Positions 1 to 8,574 of a stretch of DNA of 52,851 nt are shown piece after piece (position 1 is the stretch's first letter; every line of letters begins with the position of its first letter). This stretch comes from a virus. Lineage: Duplodnaviria; Caudoviricetes. Position numbers and translations under genes: made by a program. The notes under the pieces were generated by a model. It had not been told where the DNA came from and did not search any database. It saw only the letters and a program-made list of their open reading frames with translations. Location of the stretch: IMG/VR virus record IMGVR_UViG_3300023115_000025, positions 1-52,851 of that record, one strand, 5' to 3'.

Positions 1-595
1 CTTCGTTCTGTGCAAATGTTTTTGTGAGTGTGACTAAAGCACCAGCAGTAGATGAAGTTGGCGCTCCAGCAAGACTTGAATATTGGCCATCAAAGAGCAG
101 ATTGGTTGTATCTGTCAAATCTGATATATCTGCTGGAATATTATTGGTGCCGACTTTTGATCCAGCAGGCAAAGTGATATATCCATTTGCATCTGAAGTG
201 ATTTGAGCATCTCCAAGATGTAGTGTATTTCCACTTAGATATGCATCTCTAAATCTTAGCGAAGATGAACCCAAGTCATATGTAACATCAGTGTCTGGTA
301 TGATACTTTCAGATACCGCGCCGAGATTGGTGGAGCCCCCACTTGGATTTCCGGCTGGATCTGACATTTTTTTGATTACATCACCAAGTTTTTTTACATC
401 GTCTGGTGTCGCATTTGTAAGTAATGCATTCACTCTTGTATTGATGGCAGTTTCGATTGTAGTATTATTATCCTCTCCAATCGAATTTGCAGCGCGGGCC
501 AAATCAACTAGTTCATCAACCGTAGCTGTCGCAACGTCATTTGCAATTTTAGTTGCAAGTGCAGAGATGGATGTATTTAATAAGTTGTCTGCCAT
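1..595 (-). CDS. Fibre/virion structural protein, 5' part (runs off the left edge; missing from the ORF track)
   Basis: Manual translation from ATG at 595 is open to the window edge: MADNLLNTSISALATKIAND...IIPDTDVTYDLGSSSLRFRDAYLSGNTLHLGDAQI...IPADISDLTDTT. The N-terminus is paralogous to 621..2747 and the leader TACTAAAAAGG is shared. Confidence 0.8.
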   Translation of the reverse strand, partial: MADNLLNTSISALATKIANDVATATVDELVDLARAANSIGEDNNTTIETAINTRVNALLTNATPDDVKKLGDVIKKMSDPAGNPSGGSTNLGAVSESIIPDTDVTYDLGSSSLRFRDAYLSGNTLHLGDAQITSDANGYITLPAGSKVGTNNIPADISDLTDTTNLLFDGQYSSLAGAPTSSTAGALVTLTKTFAQNE

Positions 596-620
596 TTCTA
601 ACCCTTTTTAGTATTATTTA

Positions 621-2747
621 TTATACTGTAGTCTCTGGATCAACATTATAGTCATTGGTTGTGTTTGTGTCTGGATATGATCTACCATCACCCCATATGA
701 TTCTAACAGCTCCTTGCCAGCCTTGGCCACCGGCCCAAGTTGAATAAGTATTTCCTTTGCCTGCGCCGCCCGCACCGTAGAGAGGGGAATTTGATACAGC
801 GGTTGGATCGGTCCCATTCCCTCCAGAACCCGCTCTACTTGTTGAAGAAGAACCCCCTATACCAGTTAGGCCCTTTCCATAAACACCTACTCCACCGCCG
901 CGATCCCCGCCTGCGTTACCGCTACCATTCCAAGTGTATGCTGCACATGCGCCTGCACCAGTACCCGATACTGGGGTTGGTGCATTGTAATCGCCACCTT
1001 GGCCAGTGTATCCACCGGCGCCGCCACCGCTGCCACCAGAACTATCTGAATCATTGTAATTTGCACCACCACGTCCACCAGAACCCCCGCCGGATGTTGT
1101 ACCAGATGTTGATGCATGTTCTGTGCCGTGTACTGCAATTCCTCTACTTTGTGGCCAAGCTTGACCAGCGCCATTAAGAAATTGGCCAATCGCATCGTCC
1201 ACAGCGCCACCGCCACCGCCTGTTCCTTGAACAATTCTTGTTGCATCACTTAAAGTACTACTTCCATATGATATCCAAGAATCACCTCCAGTCAGTCCAC
1301 CTACGGTCGTGCCGCTTCCTCCAGTTTGTCCGGCTGTACTACCAGCAACTCTAACATAAAGTGTATCTCCGGGCGTGACCGAAATATTACTCATCCATGC
1401 CAAACCACCACCAGAACCTCCCGCTGCAGACCAATTTGCGCCAGCTGAACCGCCGGACCCACCAGCACCAACAACAACAGCGGAAATACTCGTCAATCCA
1501 TCTGGCACAACCCAAGAATGTGTACCTGGCGTAGTGAATATTACGCTAGATGCAGCAGGACCAAACACAAGCGAAATATCGGTGTTGACTGTTACAGTTG
1601 ATACACCATCAGTTGCACTGAGTGTTAATGTAAAAGTTCCGGCATTGGCACTATCGGTACTTGGTGTGATAGTAAATACATTGTCTACTTGACTTATTGC
1701 AGCAATACTACCAAGTCCAGAAGTAGAATATGTCCATGTCAGAGGGGTGCCTTCTGGGTCTGAAGAAACCGCTGTGATTACAGTAGGAGTTCCGTCAGTT
1801 GCAAGTTCGTAGGTTCCATCCACTCCAGTAATCGCAATAGGAGGATCATTTACTAATGATATTGAACTAGTCTTATTTGTTACATTTACGCCGTCACTTG
1901 CTGTAATTGTAATACTAAAGGTTCCAGCATTAGCAATATCATTACTAGGTGTAATCGTGAATACATTGTCTGCTTGACTTACTGTGGCAATACTACCAAG
2001 TCCACTAGTTGAATAACTCCATGTTAGAGCGAAACCGTCAGGGTCTGTAGAAACCGCCGTGATTACAGTAGGTGTTCCATCATCTGCAAGTGTATAAGAC
2101 TCAGCAACTCCAGTGATTGCTGTTGGAGAATCATTCTGAACAGTTGCTATTTTATACCAACTAGCACCAGAATAGATATACATATTATTTGTTGCAGTGA
2201 CTAGAGCCAAATCTCCAGAAGACATACCAGTAGCAGCTACTAGTGCTGCCATATCTGCATAGACAGTAGCACCACCACTTCCCAACAAACCAGTGGTGTC
2301 TGTTAGTTCGGAAATATCAGATGGGACTGCACCAGTGACAACTGTAGAGTTTGCCTGAATCCATTGAGCACCATCACCATCTTCGTAGTAGACATATAAA
2401 TTCAAGTCATCAGTTTTCCACCACAGATCTCCGTTGACAGCAGATTCTGGTGCTGCGTCACCAACATGAACATCTGCGTTTACATTTGTCGCTCCAGTGG
2501 GATTTGATGTATCATCTACCTGATTGATAGCTTCTGCAATTGTCTGCAATTCCGTAGCATCTGCCGTTGCAGTAAGGGCATTCGCTCTATTATTAATAAG
2601 CGTGTCAATTGTCGCATCGCCGGAATATCCCAATTTTCTTACAGATCTAGCAAGTCTTTTAAGATTTTCTGGGTTTGCATTTGGTATTTCTGATTTAATA
2701 TTATTAATCAGAGCTGCAATCGAAGATGATAAATTATTGTCCGCCAT
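621..2747 (-). CDS. Tail fibre/adhesin-like protein with two cadherin/Ig-like repeats and a C-terminal glycine-rich domain
   Basis: GDLWWKTDDLNLYVYYEDGDGAQWI motif typical of marine myophage fibres; two repeats AITGV..Y.LA.DGTPTVITAVS.DP.G..LTW.Y; C-terminal FTTPGTHSWVVPDGLTSISAVVVGAGG...GAVRIIWG glycine-rich domain; late promoter upstream. Confidence 0.75.
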   Translation of the reverse strand: MADNNLSSSIAALINNIKSEIPNANPENLKRLARSVRKLGYSGDATIDTLINNRANALTATADATELQTIAEAINQVDDTSNPTGATNVNADVHVGDAAPESAVNGDLWWKTDDLNLYVYYEDGDGAQWIQANSTVVTGAVPSDISELTDTTGLLGSGGATVYADMAALVAATGMSSGDLALVTATNNMYIYSGASWYKIATVQNDSPTAITGVAESYTLADDGTPTVITAVSTDPDGFALTWSYSTSGLGSIATVSQADNVFTITPSNDIANAGTFSITITASDGVNVTNKTSSISLVNDPPIAITGVDGTYELATDGTPTVITAVSSDPEGTPLTWTYSTSGLGSIAAISQVDNVFTITPSTDSANAGTFTLTLSATDGVSTVTVNTDISLVFGPAASSVIFTTPGTHSWVVPDGLTSISAVVVGAGGSGGSAGANWSAAGGSGGGLAWMSNISVTPGDTLYVRVAGSTAGQTGGSGTTVGGLTGGDSWISYGSSTLSDATRIVQGTGGGGGAVDDAIGQFLNGAGQAWPQSRGIAVHGTEHASTSGTTSGGGSGGRGGANYNDSDSSGGSGGGAGGYTGQGGDYNAPTPVSGTGAGACAAYTWNGSGNAGGDRGGGVGVYGKGLTGIGGSSSTSRAGSGGNGTDPTAVSNSPLYGAGGAGKGNTYSTWAGGQGWQGAVRIIWGDGRSYPDTNTTNDYNVDPETTV

Positions 2748-2767
2748 TCATCTGTCCTTTTTAGTAC

Positions 2768-2775
2768 TATTTATA
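2768..2775 (-). promoter_or_regulatory. T4-type late (gp55) promoter TATAAATA
   Basis: Exact TATAAATA about 20 nt upstream of the ATG at 2747. Confidence 0.8.
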
Positions 2776-2855
2776 AGTGGATAATGTATATCTAATTAAA
2801 ACACAAACCCATCTGCAATTGTATTTTGAGTTACCATTGTAAATCCTTTTTAGTA

Positions 2856-4700
2856 TTAGCCTTTAACAAAAATATAAGCTGAACCAGCATCAGTTGCAGG
2901 GCTATCATCATCCTTCGCCCCAACAATAGCTGTGTTACCATCACTAGAAATAGAAACAGAATAACCAAATCTATCAGTGTTTCCAGCATCGCTGGCTTGT
3001 ATCTTGACTTCCTGTGACCAAGTAGTACCAGAACGTGTGAAGATATAAGCGGAGCCAGCACCAGTTGCGGTGGTATCTTCGTCGCGAGCACTAACAATAG
3101 CTGTGTCTCCATCGCTGGAAATAGAAACAGAATAACCAAAGTAATCATTTTCTTCTGGATCACTGGCTTGTATTTTGGCTTGTTGGGACCATGATGAGCC
3201 TGATCTGGTAAAGATATAAGCGGAGCCAGCATTAGTTGCAGTAGTGTCATCATATCTCGCACCAACAATAGCTGTGTTTCCGTCAGAAGAAATAGAAACA
3301 GAAAAACCAAATTCAGCACTTGCTTGTGCATCGCTGGCTTCTAACTTCTGTTGTTGGGACCAAGTAGACCCAGACCGAGTGAACACATAAGCTGCGCCGC
3401 TATCTACTGGAGTGTCTTCTTTGTAAGCTCCTACTATTGCTGTGTCTCCATCGCTGGAAATAGAAACAGACGTACCAAATTCATCATTTTCTGCAGCATC
3501 ACTGGCTTGTATCTTGGCTTGTTGGGACCAAGTGGTTCCTGATCTGGTAAAGATATAAGCGGCGCCAGCATTAGATGCAGTGGTATCTACAGCTCTCGCA
3601 CCAACAATAGCTGTGTTACCATCGTCGGAAATAGAAACAGAAAAACCAAATAGAGCGCTTGCTTCTGGATCACTGGCTTGTATCTTGGCTCGCTGGGTCC
3701 ATGATGAGCCTGATCTGGTAAAGATATAAGCGGAGCCAGCATTAGTGATGCCGCCGGTATCTTCCAAATAAGCACCAACAATAGCTGTGTTACCATCACT
3801 AGAAATAGAAACAGACATACCAAAGTAATCAGTTGCTTGTGCATCGCTTGCCGTCAGTTTTTCCTGCTGGGCCCATGTTGAGCCTGACCGTGTGAAGATA
3901 TAAGCGGAGCCAGCACTAGTTGAAGGGGTATCTTCCCATCTCGCACCAACAATAGCTGTATTACCATCACTTGATATGCTCACACTTTCCCCAAAACCAT
4001 CACTTGCTTGTGCATCGCTGGCTTGTATTTTAGCTTCTTGAGTGGCGTTGGCCCAAGATACGAATGACAAGGAAAATTCACTACTTGCATTTACTGCTCC
4101 ATTGACACCATCAGTGGCACTAAATGTCAACTCAAATGTTCCGGCGTTAGCACTATCAGTACTAGGTGTAATAGTAAATACATTATCCGTTTGACTTATC
4201 GCAGCAATACTTCCTAAAGAACCAGATGTGACTGCATAACTCCATGTCAAAGGGAATCCTTCAGGGTCTGTAGAAACCGCTGTAATAACTGTTGCAGTCC
4301 CATCAGTTGCTAAGTTATAAACTCCATCCACTCCAGTGATTGCACTTGGTGAGTCATTTTGTACTGTAGCAATCTTATACCAACCAGAACCATTATAAAC
4401 GTATATATTATTTGTTGCGGTAACTAATCCAAAATCTCCATTAGACATACCAGTAGCAGCTACTAGTGCTGCCATATCTGCATAGACAGTAGCACCACCA
4501 CTACCTAACAAACCAGTAGTATCAGTTAAATCAGAAACATCTGCCGGAATAGTTGGTGTGTTTGTTAAATTATTATAATCTGTAACAGTTGTGCCGGTCA
4601 CAACTTCCCAAACACCTGATGGACCATTGAATCTATATGTTCTGCCGGCCGATACAAAAGTGTCTTGGTCTGATGGATTGTTTGGAAAATTAATTGCCAT
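2856..4700 (-). CDS. Virion fibre protein with a cadherin-like domain and a 7-bladed FG-GAP (integrin-alpha-like) beta-propeller
   Basis: N-terminal MAINFPNNPS fibre motif; seven repeats KIQASD....D.FG.SVSISSDG.TAIVGA..ED.....AGSAYIFTRSG..W. Confidence 0.8.
   Translation of the reverse strand: MAINFPNNPSDQDTFVSAGRTYRFNGPSGVWEVVTGTTVTDYNNLTNTPTIPADVSDLTDTTGLLGSGGATVYADMAALVAATGMSNGDFGLVTATNNIYVYNGSGWYKIATVQNDSPSAITGVDGVYNLATDGTATVITAVSTDPEGFPLTWSYAVTSGSLGSIAAISQTDNVFTITPSTDSANAGTFELTFSATDGVNGAVNASSEFSLSFVSWANATQEAKIQASDAQASDGFGESVSISSDGNTAIVGARWEDTPSTSAGSAYIFTRSGSTWAQQEKLTASDAQATDYFGMSVSISSDGNTAIVGAYLEDTGGITNAGSAYIFTRSGSSWTQRAKIQASDPEASALFGFSVSISDDGNTAIVGARAVDTTASNAGAAYIFTRSGTTWSQQAKIQASDAAENDEFGTSVSISSDGDTAIVGAYKEDTPVDSGAAYVFTRSGSTWSQQQKLEASDAQASAEFGFSVSISSDGNTAIVGARYDDTTATNAGSAYIFTRSGSSWSQQAKIQASDPEENDYFGYSVSISSDGDTAIVSARDEDTTATGAGSAYIFTRSGTTWSQEVKIQASDAGNTDRFGYSVSISSDGNTAIVGAKDDDSPATDAGSAYIFVKG
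2865..4040 (-). repeat. Seven tandem FG-GAP coding repeats, about 170 bp each
   Basis: Recurring near-identical DNA such as aagatataagcggagccagca and ccaacaatagctgtgt; copies at 3161 and 3671 are 510 bp (3 units) apart. Confidence 0.9.
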
Positions 4701-5092
4701 TAAATTGCCTCTATTAAATATTCTAGTACATTTTCGTCTGTATTTATATTATTAGTATTTATATCTTTTCCACATATACCATTTACAGAATAGGGCAATT
4801 TATTTAAGAACTGTAGAAATGTTTTCAATATGTAATGCTGTTCTTCGTCAATCTTCAAAAACAATATTCTCGTACACGCCTCATTGCCCAAAACATTATA
4901 AAGAATAATTAAATGATTTATTATCAATCTTTCTTTCAATACTTTCTTTGTATGATATCTATAAAATAATCTTTTAATGTATTTTATTCTTTTCATATCT
5001 TCAAGAAACTCGTCCATACTAAAACAAGAAGGATTTTCATAAGATTTCATTTGATATAATGCGACATTCGCTTCAGTTAAATTTTCAAACAT
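4700..5092 (-). CDS. Conserved hypothetical protein of marine T4-like phages
   Basis: Y.NP.C...EF.ED.KR.KYIKRL..RY.....LKERLI.NH.IILYNV pattern, recalled from T4-like cyanophages. Confidence 0.75.
   Translation of the reverse strand: MFENLTEANVALYQMKSYENPSCFSMDEFLEDMKRIKYIKRLFYRYHTKKVLKERLIINHLIILYNVLGNEACTRILFLKIDEEQHYILKTFLQFLNKLPYSVNGICGKDINTNNINTDENVLEYLIEAI
4741..4763 (-). promoter_or_regulatory. Two tandem late promoters TATAAATA (4741-4748 and 4756-4763)
   Basis: Exact matches inside the 3' end of the 130-aa gene, just upstream of the FG-GAP gene. Confidence 0.6.
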
Positions 5093-5121
5093 TAATTAAG
5101 TCACCAATTTATTTTTATTTA

Positions 5122-6357
5122 TTACCAAGATGTTTCGATAGACGACCTAACCCAAGTATCTGTATCCGTACAAACATACATATAATCACCGACAACTCTT
5201 ACATCACCCTTTTTACCTTCGTCTGTATTAGAAGCTGGCGCTGGTTGGTCAATATAAACTTCCATACTCCTATCAATATTTGCCTCACTAAATGATGTAT
5301 CACCAATTGTTAGTGAGTTCGAACTTAGATAGAAGTGACGAATTTTATATTCTGCCGAACCAAAGTCATAAGCGGCATTAGATGTAGGAATAAGATGTCC
5401 ACCTGAAGTGAAATCCCAAGTGTGTGTCCCATTTGTATGAATTTCTATGTGTCCGTCTATACCTGTATCAATTACTTCAACTTTTGTGTCGCCCTCTGAA
5501 ATGAGGTCAGAGGCAGTTGCGGCTCCACCTACCGACACTTGATTACCATTCCAAAGTAGATTTCCACTACCATCGTTTGAAAGGGTGGTTCCGTCAATAT
5601 TGATTGTTTTTGTATGAGTTTCATCCCACTGTGATGCAGATGTACCCAAATTTCCTACTTCATTATTAACAGGACGCAAGTTAAAGTCACCAGCGACTTC
5701 TTCGTGATAAACAAAGTTAGTACCATTAACTCTTGTCATAATTCTAGTGTTTGTATCATCTGTAAAGATTTGTGTATCATCATCACCGATTTGAGTAAAT
5801 CCAGTGAATGAAAATGTACCGTTTCCATTTGCTCTTAAAAATGTTCCAGCAGCACCATCTACAATATTCAAATCCGTAAGAGAGTTGCCAGATAAATCCA
5901 AATTTGTCAGTCCAGAACCATTACCACTGAATTGACCATTTGTAAGAGTGACGTTTCCATTAGTGTTCGTGATATCACCATCAACCATGTTGATTGAACC
6001 TGTTGGAACTCCCACACTTTGCGAAACTGTAAGTTCACCCTGCACATCTATGTTTGTTTGATTTCCACCTAATATATTTCCAAAAGATATTGTAGCGCCA
6101 GGAATGGAACCTACAATCGAGTCTGTTTTAATTCCACCAACTTCTGCAACTAATGTTGTTGCATTGCCGGTGTTCAATACACTGTCTAAGTCTTGCGCGG
6201 CAGCCTGAGTATCAATTACAGAAAGGTCTACCGTATTACCAGCACTAATCCCCAATGATGTTCCAACTAGGGTCAATGTTTGAGCAACACCATCAATTGC
6301 AGCATTGCTTGGTGCTAATTCTATTCTTCCTGAGAGGGGATTAAACTGATAAGGCAT
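5122..6357 (-). CDS. Fibre-like virion structural protein
   Basis: G/T/N-rich; FSGNGSGLTNL, ISEGDTKVEV, LIP....YDFGS and C-terminal PASNTDEGKKGDVRVVGDYMYVC...TW.R fibre motifs. Confidence 0.65.
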   Translation of the reverse strand: MPYQFNPLSGRIELAPSNAAIDGVAQTLTLVGTSLGISAGNTVDLSVIDTQAAAQDLDSVLNTGNATTLVAEVGGIKTDSIVGSIPGATISFGNILGGNQTNIDVQGELTVSQSVGVPTGSINMVDGDITNTNGNVTLTNGQFSGNGSGLTNLDLSGNSLTDLNIVDGAAGTFLRANGNGTFSFTGFTQIGDDDTQIFTDDTNTRIMTRVNGTNFVYHEEVAGDFNLRPVNNEVGNLGTSASQWDETHTKTINIDGTTLSNDGSGNLLWNGNQVSVGGAATASDLISEGDTKVEVIDTGIDGHIEIHTNGTHTWDFTSGGHLIPTSNAAYDFGSAEYKIRHFYLSSNSLTIGDTSFSEANIDRSMEVYIDQPAPASNTDEGKKGDVRVVGDYMYVCTDTDTWVRSSIETSW

Positions 6358-6566
6358 TAGAGGCTCCTTGTGATTGTCAGTAGTTGTCCATTACCATCAT
6401 AAGTCATATCTAAAATACCTACTAGTGACCCACCAGCGCCACCAATAAAATATTCAACTCTCAAAAGGTTCCCAGCGCCATCATATGTATTTGAAATATG
6501 ATCGTGTGCCGGAATACCTAATCCATTAGGAATATAGTTAGATTGTGAATGTGCGGAATTAACCAT
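6357..6566 (-). CDS. Hypothetical protein, probably structural
   Basis: Overlaps both neighbours; internal repeat TYDGAGNLL / TYDGNGQLL. Confidence 0.65.
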   Translation of the reverse strand: MVNSAHSQSNYIPNGLGIPAHDHISNTYDGAGNLLRVEYFIGGAGGSLVGILDMTYDGNGQLLTITRSL

Positions 6567-6873
6567 TTCTATTTTCCTCTATTTCTGCTATTAGGGCCTT
6601 TTTTGTTTTTCTTTTGTCCAATTCAAGGTCAAGATGCTCTCTTGCCCATTCTTCCAGTTCATCCTTATTCATAGATTTCAAATCATCTGAGTTTTCTTCC
6701 ACAACTGGTTCTGGAGCAGGGGCAGGAGCAGGGACTCCACCGTTTGCAGCCATCCACTCATCAATTTCGGCCTGAGTGAAACTTCTAGATTGTAGAATTT
6801 CTCTTCTTGTAGGATGCTTCCAACCTTTAAGTGTTGGGATTGCGTTTTTGCACCATGCTGGTCTTACTATCAT
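6559..6873 (-). CDS. Hypothetical protein with a C-terminal Rho-N/HeH-like helical motif
   Basis: Shine-Dalgarno (SD) AGGAGA; PAPAPAP linker; LKSMNKDELEEWARE.L.LELDKRKTKKALIAEI. Confidence 0.7.
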   Translation of the reverse strand: MIVRPAWCKNAIPTLKGWKHPTRREILQSRSFTQAEIDEWMAANGGVPAPAPAPEPVVEENSDDLKSMNKDELEEWAREHLDLELDKRKTKKALIAEIEENRNG

Positions 6874-6883
6874 TTTCTATCTC

Positions 6884-8542
6884 CTATTTTACCATACCGG
6901 CAATTTTGTTTGCTCTAGATTTATTTTTATATTTTTCCATTGCCATGTCATAAACTCTTTTTTTGAGTACCGCAACTTTTACTTTTGGATCTAATTCTTT
7001 TACAACATCTGACATTTCTTTTGCATCTTCTTTGTCTGAATTTTCAACCAAATCACTAAATTCGAAGGATTCTTTCTTTGCGCGTAGTTTTGCAAGATCT
7101 GCGCCGTCAACTTTACCGTTTTTGTTAATGTCAATTTTCTTTTGTTTTGCAGACAATTCCTCATCTTTCATATGATACCCTTTGTCATTGCAATGTTCGC
7201 ATCCTTTACCATCACACTCTGGACAAACAACTTTTTCTTCAGAAACACAATGGGAAGCCATTAGTTTTTGAATATCTTTTCCTGATACATAATCTGGTAG
7301 AATTTTTTCCAATGATTTGCGAATATTCATAGTTTTTGAAACATCTTGCTTAAACTTATCTGCAAAAGATTTCATCACAAAGTTTTTCTGCATTCCTTTA
7401 TATACATTATCAATATCGAGTGCGAGGTCTTTCATTTTACCTTCATTAACGAACTCTTCTTCTACTTCTTCGCTTCTATTGTTAAATCTTACCTTGAACA
7501 TTTTTTCTGTTGCTTTAACACCAATATGATTTGCAACAACATCAACAATCTTTTCTCTTGGTTCTGTGTCTAAATCATTTGTGAAATCTACAAGTTTATC
7601 TGACATACCCTGTCTCATCAACTTGACAGCCTTCATAAAATCTTTCTTGTCAATACCACCAGATTTTTTTGAATATTTCTCTAATTCATCGGCAGCACCA
7701 ATCATTTTCATACCGCCCGTAGCTTCGTTCATGAAAGTCCCAAATCTTTTCATCGTTGTTCCCTCTTTTTTTGGTACACAGTTAGGTACTTCTTTACCGT
7801 TTTTCTTTTTCATACCAATCATTTCGTAACCCTTCCAACAGGGATTGTCATCTTCTTCCACCTTTTTATCTTCGTTGTTGCGGGCTCGGCTTTGATTTTT
7901 CGCCGCGAGCTTGTGCTCATATTCTGCCTGCGTCAATTCTACGATTTCTAATGCTTTCTTTGCGAATGCAATTGCTTTGACTGGACCAGTTGCTTTGTTG
8001 CCAGTCTCTTTTGAGTCCCAGAACATATTCCACACTTTACTACGTGCTGCATCATTTTTAGCTTGTTTCATGTATTTGTTTAAAATATCAGCATCTGCCT
8101 TTGAAAGTTTGTAATCTAACTTATCATCATATCTTAGATTACCACCTACTTTGTAATTTGTGTCGCCCTTATATTTCCATCTTTCTTCATCAAGTTCTAC
8201 TTCTTCCTTATACATATTCAGTTCATATTTCTTATTGTCCATGTTGTACACTTGGATTTGAACTGCCTTTTTACCATCTTTATCAAGTAAACGATAAGAG
8301 TTTGTTTTACCAGATGTTGGTTTGCGAGGCCCTGTAGCGACCTTGTCGTCTATTTCTTTAGAATCAATGTCTATTCCATATTTCTTTTTTGCAAATTCAT
8401 ATGCGTGTTTCATCGCACTAGAAAAGTCTTTATGATACAATTGATAACCTGTAGAAGATTTATTCTCTTCTAAAGTTTTTTCCATAATGGATTTTATCAA
8501 ATCTACAACAGCTTTTGGTTGGTTTTGTAAATCGTTTTTCAT
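6884..8542 (-). CDS. Multi-module Lys/Glu-rich protein, putative internal head polyprotein
   Basis: Start revised to ATG 8542 (SD AGGTG, late promoter at 8566). Modules include PCWKGYEMIGMKKKNGKEVPNCVP, CPECDGKGCEHC and an EF-hand-like DINKNGKVDGADL, joined by Glu-rich linkers. Confidence 0.7.
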   Translation of the reverse strand: MKNDLQNQPKAVVDLIKSIMEKTLEENKSSTGYQLYHKDFSSAMKHAYEFAKKKYGIDIDSKEIDDKVATGPRKPTSGKTNSYRLLDKDGKKAVQIQVYNMDNKKYELNMYKEEVELDEERWKYKGDTNYKVGGNLRYDDKLDYKLSKADADILNKYMKQAKNDAARSKVWNMFWDSKETGNKATGPVKAIAFAKKALEIVELTQAEYEHKLAAKNQSRARNNEDKKVEEDDNPCWKGYEMIGMKKKNGKEVPNCVPKKEGTTMKRFGTFMNEATGGMKMIGAADELEKYSKKSGGIDKKDFMKAVKLMRQGMSDKLVDFTNDLDTEPREKIVDVVANHIGVKATEKMFKVRFNNRSEEVEEEFVNEGKMKDLALDIDNVYKGMQKNFVMKSFADKFKQDVSKTMNIRKSLEKILPDYVSGKDIQKLMASHCVSEEKVVCPECDGKGCEHCNDKGYHMKDEELSAKQKKIDINKNGKVDGADLAKLRAKKESFEFSDLVENSDKEDAKEMSDVVKELDPKVKVAVLKKRVYDMAMEKYKNKSRANKIAGMVK

Positions 8543-8565
8543 ATTACACCTAATGTTTTTTCTAC

Positions 8566-8573
8566 TATTTATA
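8566..8573 (-). promoter_or_regulatory. T4-type late promoter TATAAATA
   Basis: Exact match between the stop of the 570-aa gene and ATG 8542. Confidence 0.8.
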
Positions 8574-8574
8574 A

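Noticed and set aside
2831-3844. Alternative-frame minus ORFs 2831..3331 and 3587..3844 with repetitive sequence
   Set aside because: Off-frame readings of the FG-GAP repeats; no independent start signals seen.
2865-4040. Possible CRISPR array or diversity-generating retroelement template/variable repeats
   Set aside because: The repeats are in-frame coding units of about 170 bp without unique spacers, differences are not confined to adenines, and no cas or reverse transcriptase gene is in the window.
7170-7235. CPECDGKGCEHC as evidence of a DnaJ chaperone
   Set aside because: An isolated zinc knuckle with no J-domain HPD motif.
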